32,000 bases of DNA, taken from NCBI RefSeq assembly GCF_009617975.1, contig NZ_CP040089.1, forward strand, positions 210,001 through 242,000, given 5' to 3'. Both the position numbers and the translations under genes were made by a program. Below the pieces are notes generated by a model, which saw only the letters and a program-made list of their open reading frames with translations, had not been told where the DNA came from and ran no database searches. The stretch comes from Candidatus Nanohalobium constans. Lineage in GTDB: Archaea > Nanohalarchaeota > Nanosalinia > Nanosalinales > Nanosalinaceae. This document shows, in pieces, positions 25,547-32,000 of the stretch (within the stretch, counting starts at the first letter, position 1; every line of letters starts with the position of its first letter).

Positions 25547-25568
25547 CGGTTTAAGGCTGGGGTCTTGG

Positions 25569-26516
25569 ATGTGTTTCATGGGTTTCCACAGTGTTGAGGC
25601 AATCGAGGATGCGGTTGAACGCACAAAGGATATAGTACTGCCTTTTGACCTTCTGACATGGACAAAGCTAGCAGTAATAATACTTTTCCTAGGAGGTGCA
25701 GGTTTCTCAACCTTCTTCTTCAACTTCCCGTTCACGACTTTTACCGGTTTTGAGGAATCAAGCACCAGCATCCAAAGTCCTACTGGTTTTGAATCAGCCT
25801 TCCAGGCGCAGACAGGTAGTCCTGAACTTGTAATGCCGGCACTGGGTATAGGAATGTTTGTGATCAGTGTCGCAGCTATAGGCTTGATAATAGCGATGTA
25901 CCCCAATTCTCTGGCAGAATTCGTCATGTTTGGGAGTGTTGAATCGAGAGATGTCCAGTTAAGAGATAATATTTCGAGTTATTTCGTTGATGCTGTGAAG
26001 TATTCTCTCTTCAAGGCAGTCTACGGGTTATTGGTTGTAGGATTACTTATTGCTTGGCTTGGAAGCTTTGCAGTGCAGCCAATAATTGGTTTGCTTTTGA
26101 CAGCAGTTTTCATACCTTTAATGATTCTGGTAATGGTATTTGGCGTTTTGGTCCATGATTTTGTCCTTCTTAAAATTATAAGAGGTCAGAAAGGATTTAT
26201 TGAGGCTGTTCAGAGTGTTTTCAGAACTGTAAGAGTTGAATGGCGTGAGGTTGGAGTTTATATCGTCGTTAGAGTAGTTATTTCCTGGGCAGTAGGTTTG
26301 ATGTCTTTAACTGTAATTGGCTCAGTTTCTCTACTCTTTATCCTGGTTTTTGGAGTGTTAATGCTTGTTTTAGGATTGTTTAGCCCTATTTTGGCGGCTG
26401 TACCGGCGTTGTTAGGTTTAATTCTGTGGGTTATAACATTGCTGTACTTGGTGGTTCCGTTCAGAACCTATATGTTTAGTTTCTTTGTAGAAGTCTATAT
26501 GAGGATTTTTGAGTAG
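25569..26516 (+). CDS. multi-pass membrane protein, function unknown (possibly DUF4013-like)
   Basis: ATG 25569 is the first start that does not overlap xpd. The N-terminus ...AIEDAVERTKDIVLPFDLLTWTKLAVIILFLGG resembles haloarchaeal uncharacterised membrane proteins. There are about 6-7 TM segments. Confidence 0.55.
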   Translation: MCFMGFHSVEAIEDAVERTKDIVLPFDLLTWTKLAVIILFLGGAGFSTFFFNFPFTTFTGFEESSTSIQSPTGFESAFQAQTGSPELVMPALGIGMFVISVAAIGLIIAMYPNSLAEFVMFGSVESRDVQLRDNISSYFVDAVKYSLFKAVYGLLVVGLLIAWLGSFAVQPIIGLLLTAVFIPLMILVMVFGVLVHDFVLLKIIRGQKGFIEAVQSVFRTVRVEWREVGVYIVVRVVISWAVGLMSLTVIGSVSLLFILVFGVLMLVLGLFSPILAAVPALLGLILWVITLLYLVVPFRTYMFSFFVEVYMRIFE

Positions 26517-26519
26517 TTT

Positions 26520-27698
26520 TTAGAAGCTTTGGAGGCTGGTCTGCCTTCCTTCTAATATCTTTGACTTGTTCTTTATCCTGTTGTAGAGGAACTTGAACTG
26601 GTTTCCGATTCTGAACTTCACATTTTCAAAATTTTCAACTATTTCTCCATCGTTGAAGCTGTTTCTGACGGTTTCCCTTATCACCCAGACTCCGAGAGGC
26701 GCCCAGTACTCTGGTTTAACCTCTCTGATTACAAGGGCTTTTGCCTGTCTCTTTCTACTTCTTAGGTGTTCCATTATACCGAGTCTTGTTGCGTAAAAGG
26801 CGCCTGCAGTCTCTTCGGCATAATCAGTCCTTCCAGAATAGGATTCATAGTTCTGGGCTATGTATGTGTTTGCTGCGGCATTCCAGACAGAGCCTGGACG
26901 CTTCAACTCCATCAATTCGTACTCCCATCGACCGGGGATTAGGAAAATATGGAATTCGTTGCCCATGTACTCGTTGTTGTAGTATTCGATTTGTCCGAGC
27001 TCCTGGTAGTCCTTTATCGTCTTATCCCGAATATTTTTTGAAATAATGTCGTCTGTAGCAGTTATACTCCATCTAGTTGGCACTAGCTCTCTACTGCTTT
27101 CCTCTCCGAGCATTCCGGCTGTGAAGCTCTGCTGGATCTTGTAATTATCAATTCCTTTGCCGTGTAACTCTTTGACAGCGGTCTCGGCTTTTGCATCGGT
27201 GTCGTAGAACATTTTTTCAACTTTTCTCTCCACAGAAGGATTCTCACCGAGGATAAATTCTTCTACATTTCCTGATGCGGAGACAGGTTTTACTCTCCCT
27301 CCTGATATATTTGCTCCAGGCTTCTTCTCTAACTCGACTTCTACATCAACAGGTTTCCGAGCCATTGCTACTTCTTGAGTATGAGACAGGAAATTATCTT
27401 TCTCATCTACTTTAAACTTTTTCTTAGAATTTACCAGTGATGTCCTTAGAGAAGCAACTTTTTCAATACTGAAGCCTTCACTGTACCAGTTCTTAGGAGA
27501 GTCCATCATTTCTGGGTTGGCGAGATGTTGTGGGGATAGTATTCCGGTGTTGACTTTGGGGTAGTTGTGGCTTCCGACGAATATACTGGGTGTTTTGCCC
27601 TGAAAATGTTTTTTCCGGTTGCTGGACGGCATCACTCGCTCCAACTTCCTTTTTGCCTCTTTCTCGGAGACACCTTTTGCGAGTTTGCCGTATCCCAT
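26520..27698 (-). CDS. nreA: NreA-like DNA repair protein (archaeal Nre family) with C-terminal PIP box
   Basis: TPSIFVGSHNYPKVNTGILSP near the N-terminus is typical of the Nre family as I recall it. The extreme C-terminus QTSLQSF fits the PCNA-interacting Qxx[LIM]xx[FY] motif. Confidence 0.7.
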   Translation of the reverse strand: MGYGKLAKGVSEKEAKRKLERVMPSSNRKKHFQGKTPSIFVGSHNYPKVNTGILSPQHLANPEMMDSPKNWYSEGFSIEKVASLRTSLVNSKKKFKVDEKDNFLSHTQEVAMARKPVDVEVELEKKPGANISGGRVKPVSASGNVEEFILGENPSVERKVEKMFYDTDAKAETAVKELHGKGIDNYKIQQSFTAGMLGEESSRELVPTRWSITATDDIISKNIRDKTIKDYQELGQIEYYNNEYMGNEFHIFLIPGRWEYELMELKRPGSVWNAAANTYIAQNYESYSGRTDYAEETAGAFYATRLGIMEHLRSRKRQAKALVIREVKPEYWAPLGVWVIRETVRNSFNDGEIVENFENVKFRIGNQFKFLYNRIKNKSKILEGRQTSLQSF

Positions 27699-27769
27699 AG
27701 TCGGATAATGTTGCTCAAATCATAAGAACACAATGAAGTAAGGAGGAATCAAATTTCCCTCTAAGTCTG

Positions 27770-29527
27770 TTATCCTATCTTCCAGTGAGGGTTTTTCTCA
27801 TCTTTAATCCCTACTATTTCTTCGAGAACTGATTTCTCTCCTTCTGATAAGAGGTCTTCTAGTTCCTGTAGTCGTTCGTAGTCTTTTTGGGTTACATCTG
27901 TGAGCATGACTTGGCTTTTTTCTAGGTCTCTGCCGATTGTTGGTCCTTGAATTGAAGCTGCGACCTGGCTTCCGCGTTCTGCTTCTTCTATCTTCTCGTT
28001 TTCTTCCTGTATGGATTTCAGGGTGCCGATTCTCTCTCCGTTTTCGTCCATAAGTGTGCAGCCTGGTGTTAGGACGCCTTCGAGTACTTTGACTCCTATT
28101 ACTGCTGGATCGTTTTTTCTGAATACGTGGTCGGGCATTGCCTGGATTTTGGCTGGTCTTGTGACTGCTTTCAAAGCTTTCTGTCTTTGATCTTTTTTCA
28201 AGGCGTTTTTCCAGGTGTTGTAGTTGTCGATTATTTCGTATATTACATCGCTTTGGAATACTTCGATTCCTTTTTCTCGAGCCAATTTTTTGGCTTGTTC
28301 TGTTATGTCTGTGTTGAATCCGAATACGGCTCTGAGTTCTGGTTCTTCGTTTTCTAGTTTGACTATGTCGCTTTTGGTTATTTTTCCGACCTCTGCTTTT
28401 TGTACTAGTATTTCTGCTTCTTCTACTTCTCTCATTATTGCTTCTAGGCTTCCAAGGCTGTCTGCTTTTACTACTACTCCTTCTTTGTGTGTCTGGAAGC
28501 TGGTTGTTTCTAGTTCTTCTTCTACTTCTTTCTTGGCGTCTTCTAGTTCTTCTTCACTGGCTATTCTGATTGGTGATCCTGAGATTACGCCTTCTAGGTC
28601 CTGTCCTGATATTTTTACTCCTGCTGCAGGCGTTACTTCATCTACTTCCTCGTACTGTTTGTCGAGGCGGATCTCTTTGAGTGGGCGTGGTTCGAGAAGT
28701 GCTTTGATGTCTGTTGTTTTGACTCCTTCGCTTGTGCCGTATACAAGCTTGTTTTCTTTTCGCGCGATCCCGTCGTAGATTATTACATCGATTGTGGTGC
28801 CGAGTCCTTTCTGTTCTGTTACTTCTAGGACTGTGCCTTTACCCATTCCTTCTTTGATTTCGAGTTGGTCGGCTAGGTAGTTCTGGCTTAGTCCTGAGAG
28901 AACCATTAGGAGTTCGGGTATTCCTTCACCTGTCTCTGCGCTGGTTGGTACCATCGCTACTTTTTCCTGGAAGTTGTCCACTCTGTCGAACCGATCTGCT
29001 ACTATGTCGTATTCGTTGAGTTCGCCCATCATCTCGTATATTTTTTCGTCTAGTTTTTGCTGTAGCTTGTCGCTTTGGTTGTTGATGTTTCGTGTGAAGT
29101 ATTCGTCTTCGCTTTGCCAGCCATGCAGCTTGTCGACCTTGTTCAGTGCAACTACAAATGGTGTATGGCTTTCCTGAAGTATCTTAATAGCCTCTTCTGT
29201 CTGTGGCTGCACTCCGTTTTCGATATCAATTACCAGTACTGCGATGTCAGATATACTGCCTCCACGCTTCCTCAAGCTTGAGAATGCTGCGTGACCTGGA
29301 GTATCAATGAACAGTAGGCCAGGTATCGTGAGGTCGGTGTCTAAGCTGTTTAGTAGTTCTCCACAGACTTCTTCAACTGTTTGGAGTGGTACCTCGGTTG
29401 CTCCGATCATCTGTGTGATGCCGCCAGCCTCACCTTCTACAATCCGTGATTCTCTGATCTGGTCCAGAAGTGTAGTCTTTCCTGAGTCGACATGTCCGAG
29501 GACTGATAGAATTGGTTGACGCGGCAT
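27770..29527 (-). CDS. infB: translation initiation factor aIF5B (IF2-type GTPase)
   Basis: PILSVLGHVDSGKTTLLD (G1), FIDTPGH (G3) and ALNKVD (G4). The 585-aa length is typical of aIF5B. It sits downstream of rpl24e as in many archaea. Confidence 0.95.
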   Translation of the reverse strand: MPRQPILSVLGHVDSGKTTLLDQIRESRIVEGEAGGITQMIGATEVPLQTVEEVCGELLNSLDTDLTIPGLLFIDTPGHAAFSSLRKRGGSISDIAVLVIDIENGVQPQTEEAIKILQESHTPFVVALNKVDKLHGWQSEDEYFTRNINNQSDKLQQKLDEKIYEMMGELNEYDIVADRFDRVDNFQEKVAMVPTSAETGEGIPELLMVLSGLSQNYLADQLEIKEGMGKGTVLEVTEQKGLGTTIDVIIYDGIARKENKLVYGTSEGVKTTDIKALLEPRPLKEIRLDKQYEEVDEVTPAAGVKISGQDLEGVISGSPIRIASEEELEDAKKEVEEELETTSFQTHKEGVVVKADSLGSLEAIMREVEEAEILVQKAEVGKITKSDIVKLENEEPELRAVFGFNTDITEQAKKLAREKGIEVFQSDVIYEIIDNYNTWKNALKKDQRQKALKAVTRPAKIQAMPDHVFRKNDPAVIGVKVLEGVLTPGCTLMDENGERIGTLKSIQEENEKIEEAERGSQVAASIQGPTIGRDLEKSQVMLTDVTQKDYERLQELEDLLSEGEKSVLEEIVGIKDEKNPHWKIG

Positions 29528-29608
29528 ACTGGATTCACCTAAACAAGAAAAATTGTTTGAAAAGTTAAATACTTCGTTAAATTAGAAAGTGGAAAGAAGA
29601 AGAGTTAG

Positions 29609-29761
29609 TTACTCTTCTTTCTGGTATTCGTGGCTTCTGTCTTTTTCGTGGTTCTTTTCGCACTTTGAAGAGCAGAAGTAGAGTTTTTCTCCGGAATTTA
29701 AGACCAGCATTTTTCCGTCGGTCTTGCTTAGTTGGTCTCCGCAGTAGTCACATTCTACCAT
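29609..29761 (-). CDS. rpl24e: 50S ribosomal protein L24e (eL24)
   Basis: Not in the ORF track because it is under 60 aa. My translation is MVECDYCGDQLSKTDGKMLVLNSGEKLYFCSSKCEKNHEKDRSHEYQKEE. The CxxC...CxxxC zinc-ribbon pattern and the position after rps28e match L24e. Confidence 0.85.
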   Translation of the reverse strand: MVECDYCGDQLSKTDGKMLVLNSGEKLYFCSSKCEKNHEKDRSHEYQKEE

Positions 29762-29768
29762 TTAGAGA

Positions 29769-29945
29769 TCACCCTTCCATCTCCGTTTCTTTGATGTGGA
29801 CTATGTCGTCTTCACGGATTGGTCCTCGAGAGTTTCTGACTAGAATCTTTCCTTCTTCGTTGCCTTCTATTACTCGGCATCGGACCTTACGGACTGTTCG
29901 GTGTCCTGTGTCGTCCATGACTTCTATTACTTTTGCTGCTACCAT
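29769..29945 (-). CDS. rps28e: 30S ribosomal protein S28e (eS28)
   Basis: Not in the ORF track. My translation is MVAAKVIEVMDDTGHRTVRKVRCRVIEGNEEGKILVRNSRGPIREDDIVHIKETEMEG, which matches the S28e consensus (..V..V.GRTG....V.CR.LEG...G....RNV.GP.R.GD...L.ETE.E). A GGTGA lies 8 nt upstream. Confidence 0.9.
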   Translation of the reverse strand: MVAAKVIEVMDDTGHRTVRKVRCRVIEGNEEGKILVRNSRGPIREDDIVHIKETEMEG

Positions 29946-30021
29946 TACTGGAACTCACCTTTGAGTTCCTGGTGATCCAGAAAATCTTTGATTTTTGTCA
30001 TTTTTTAGCACCTAGAGTTTT

Positions 30022-30411
30022 TTACTCCTCTTCTTCTTCGTCTTCTTCTGAGTCGAGGAGTTCTCTTGCTTTGCTTGCTACATCTTCGACTTCGTCTTCT
30101 GCGTTTCCTGTCTGTGTAATTGCGATTGCCGCGCTTTGGACGTTGATTCCTGCTGCAAGCCCTAGTTCTTCTTTGTCGGGTACGAATGTGTAGTCTGCGT
30201 CTCTCTCACTGGCTAGTGCAGGGATGTGCATTACAATTTCCTGTGGGGATACATTTCCTGCGATGACAACCAGTTCGGCGTTGTTTCTTTCGATTGCCTT
30301 GGTTACTTCGTTTGTTCCGACTACAACTTTGCCTGTGTCGGCGGCTGTTTCAACTGTATTATAGGTTTTTTCTGCTAGTGACTCGTTTGGTTCGAATTCT
30401 TGAAAGCTCAT
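30022..30411 (-). CDS. rpl7ae: 50S ribosomal protein L7Ae (k-turn binding protein)
   Basis: VVGTNEVTKAIERNNAELVVIAGNVSPQEIVMHIPALASERDADYTFVPDKEELGLAAG. ATG 30411 (MSFQEF) is preferred over the listed GTG 30432, which falls inside the candidate leader k-turn. The C-terminal tail EEDEEEEE is acidic. Confidence 0.92.
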   Translation of the reverse strand: MSFQEFEPNESLAEKTYNTVETAADTGKVVVGTNEVTKAIERNNAELVVIAGNVSPQEIVMHIPALASERDADYTFVPDKEELGLAAGINVQSAAIAITQTGNAEDEVEDVASKARELLDSEEDEEEEE

Positions 30412-30424
30412 TGTTAATTTAACA

Positions 30425-30453
30425 CCTTTCACAAAAACCTTGGATCATCAAGG
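30425..30453 (-). promoter_or_regulatory. candidate k-turn in the rpl7ae 5' leader
   Basis: The RNA CCUU-GAU-GA-UC...GU-GA-AAGG forms a C helix CCUU/AAGG, a 3-nt bulge GAU, tandem sheared G.A/A.G, U.U at 3b.3n and C-G at 4b-4n. The 3' strand continues into GGUG (Shine-Dalgarno-like) 13 nt before the AUG. Confidence 0.45.
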
Positions 30454-30479
30454 GATATAATCAACTAAATGGAAAGAAC

Positions 30480-30488
30480 TTTTTTATA
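30480..30488 (-). promoter_or_regulatory. TATA-box candidate for the rpl7ae operon
   Basis: The minus strand reads TATAAAAAA, about 26 nt upstream of the start of the candidate k-turn. Confidence 0.35.
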
Positions 30489-30511
30489 CCACATTAAGGA
30501 AATGTGTTATT

Positions 30512-30739
30512 CTATTGTTGTTCGGGGTCGTATTCTGCTAGTTTTTCGTTTTCGATCCAGTCGAGTTCTTCTTCTATTTCTCGGATGATTAGGTTGAGTT
30601 CGTGTCTTTGGCTGTCGGTGTCTGCGTTTTTGGTTTCTAGATGTGTTATTAGTTCGTCTTTGAGTAGTTGGAGTAGTTTTTGCTCTGAGTTTGCGTCGGC
30701 GTATTCTTCTAGAACTTCTTTTACTTCAGCCTGTTTCAT
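30512..30739 (-). CDS. small acidic helical protein, function unknown
   Basis: 75-aa ORF with heptad-like, charged sequence. It lies 27 nt downstream of the preceding acidic protein gene on the same strand. Confidence 0.45.
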   Translation of the reverse strand: MKQAEVKEVLEEYADANSEQKLLQLLKDELITHLETKNADTDSQRHELNLIIREIEEELDWIENEKLAEYDPEQQ

Positions 30740-30765
30740 ATGGAAGAATTGGGGTTGACAGTTTT

Positions 30766-31569
30766 TTAGTTGTTTCTAAGTGTCTGTTGTATTCTGTCTC
30801 TGCGTGCTTGGAACTCGTCTACGATTTGCTCTGCTTCTGTCATGGTTTCTTGGTCGTCTTTTATCCCTGATTCGAGGTGTTGCATTACGTCGTCCATTTC
30901 GGTGGTTAGGTAGTGCATTTCTTCGATCATTTTCTTGATGTCTTCAAATTTTTCTACTTCGAGGAATAATGGTTCTTCTCCTGATTTTTCAGGGTTGTCG
31001 TTTGTTTGTTTGTCCTGAGTCATGTCTAGTTCGGTTATATTGTTTTCTGTGGCTGTTTCATCTGTTTCAGGTTCTTCTCCTGTGTTGTCTGTTGTTGTTT
31101 TTGAGGAGGGCTGTGTCTGTGTGTTTTGTGTCTGGTCGTGTTTTCTCTGTGAGTCGTGCTGTGTCTGGGATTTCTCTAGGGAGTTTATCTCTTGTTCGAT
31201 TTCGCTCTGCATTTCCTCAAACTTTCTGTCTAGATTGTTTCGTTCCTGCTGTTGCGGCGGGTTTGTTTCCGAGTTATCTGAGTTTTCCTGCATTTCCTGC
31301 AGCTCGTTTTGCGGGTTCATCTGCAGTCCTTCTTCTACCTGTGAAATATCTTCGGACTCATTTTGTTCTGTTAAACTGTCTTGTCCTGTATCTAGTTCTT
31401 CGGATTCTCTGTTCTGATCTGGTTCTTTTCCGCCTGTGACTTGCTGGCTTATCTCTTCAAGCTCGTTTTCCTGGCTTTCTTCCTGGTTTTGACCTTCGTT
31501 CACCAGTTGCTTGATCTCTTCCATATTCTCCTCAAGTTTCTCTTTATCGCCGTTACCCAAGTCAAACAT
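30766..31569 (-). CDS. highly acidic low-complexity (E/Q/N/T-rich) protein with a helical C-terminal domain
   Basis: ATG 31569 (MFDLGNG) has a TATA-like TTTATACA about 27 nt upstream (plus strand 31593-31601); the listed start is TTG 31578. The C-terminal ~70 aa (PLFLEVEKFEDIKKMIEEMHYL...) look ordered, and the remainder is compositionally biased. Confidence 0.55.
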   Translation of the reverse strand: MFDLGNGDKEKLEENMEEIKQLVNEGQNQEESQENELEEISQQVTGGKEPDQNRESEELDTGQDSLTEQNESEDISQVEEGLQMNPQNELQEMQENSDNSETNPPQQQERNNLDRKFEEMQSEIEQEINSLEKSQTQHDSQRKHDQTQNTQTQPSSKTTTDNTGEEPETDETATENNITELDMTQDKQTNDNPEKSGEEPLFLEVEKFEDIKKMIEEMHYLTTEMDDVMQHLESGIKDDQETMTEAEQIVDEFQARRDRIQQTLRNN

Positions 31570-31669
31570 GTATACCAAATATGAATCGACCGTGTATAAA
31601 GCTAACCGGTTGACAGTTCTCAGAAATCAGATAGAAATCAAAAGTAGAAAAATTAAATGCTGGAAGAAA

Positions 31670-32000
31670 TTATTCTTCCTCGTCTTCTTCCCGCTCAATC
31701 TCTGGAGTGAACAAGTCTTTGTCCTTCTTCAGCTCCATGCCTTTTGCCTCAAGCATTTCACGAGCCAGCAAGTAGTAAACCATTCCGATAGATTTCTCAG
31801 ACTTGTTGTTAGCTGGGATAGCAAGATCAATATCGTCCAACTTGTTCTCTGAGTCTGCGATTGAGATAACTTCTTTGTTAGTCTGAGCAGCTTCTCTGAT
31901 AGCCTGAGCATCAGTCTCAGGATCAGTTACGACAATTATTTCTGGTTCTGTAAAGTTTTCGGACTCTGGGTTGGTGAAACTACCAGGCATAAATCTTCCA
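31670..32000 (-). CDS. rps2: 30S ribosomal protein S2 (uS2), C-terminal part; 5' end beyond the window
   Basis: The frame stays open to the window edge (..GRFMPGSFTNP). IIVVTDPETDAQAIREA and IPANNKSEKSIGMVYYLLAREML are typical of archaeal uS2. The C-terminal tail is acidic. Confidence 0.9.
   Translation of the reverse strand, partial: GRFMPGSFTNPESENFTEPEIIVVTDPETDAQAIREAAQTNKEVISIADSENKLDDIDLAIPANNKSEKSIGMVYYLLAREMLEAKGMELKKDKDLFTPEIEREEDEEE

Noticed and set aside
30022-30060. Poly-acidic C-terminal tails on ribosomal proteins (L7Ae ...EEDEEEEE; uS2 ...EEDEEE at 31670-31700)
   Set aside because: These are most simply a halophile surface-charge adaptation seen throughout this proteome, not a specific signal.
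30412-30432. GTG 30432 as the rpl7ae start (the MKGVKLT extension in the ORF track)
   Set aside because: Homologous L7Ae proteins start close to the MSFQEF position. The GTG lies within the candidate k-turn, and the GGUG Shine-Dalgarno-like element would fall inside the coding region.
30980-31440. Apparent repetitive DNA (GTTT/GTCT-rich runs, for example gtttgtttgtttgt near 31000)
   Set aside because: No regular period was found. This is the antisense of E/Q/N/T-rich low-complexity coding sequence, not a tandem repeat or CRISPR array.
1-32000. Mobile elements, integrases, CRISPR arrays, rRNA genes
   Set aside because: I looked for transposase or integrase motifs, terminal inverted repeats and regularly spaced repeats and found none. 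The only accessory-looking insert is the MNT/HEPN pair, and I could detect no flanking repeats or att-like duplication of the nearby sequence.

Overview
This is a compact, moderately AT-rich archaeal chromosome segment. About 40 genes are tightly packed, several with overlapping start or stop codons. The predicted proteins are strongly acidic, which is a halophile signature. The gene content is unmistakably archaeal: fibrillarin and Nop5, the L7Ae-S28e-L24e-aIF5B operon, uS2, the RNase P protein Rpp21, RNase Z, a THUMP tRNA methyltransferase, XPD, NreA, RibL and a class III (pilin-type) signal peptide. An acidic proteome, low GC and tight packing suggest a small-genome halophilic archaeon such as a nanohaloarchaeon (DPANN). 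That assignment is inference only. Other content includes a rearranged SUF Fe-S assembly locus (sufT | sufB sufD | MATE | FMN reductase | sufS sufU sufC). There is a glycosyltransferase / flippase-like / DUF2070-like membrane block and one intron-containing tRNA, best read as Gly-UCC. A wHTH-nucleotidyltransferase/HEPN pair and a three-gene cluster of exported proteins are also present. I saw no rRNA, CRISPR array, transposase or integrase. The most interesting items are: (1) the exported cluster at 12.5-14.9 kb, which combines a pilin-type signal, a PKD domain and tail-fibre-like motifs; (2) a candidate k-turn in the rpl7ae leader; (3) the structured 60-nt tRNA intron with a palindrome abutting the tRNA 5' end; (4) the nop5/flpA pair split by an opposite-strand gene, with an N-terminally short Nop5; and (5) the wHTH-MNT/HEPN module with an atypical HEPN motif. 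All family assignments come from motif recognition by eye and need HMM or BLAST confirmation.
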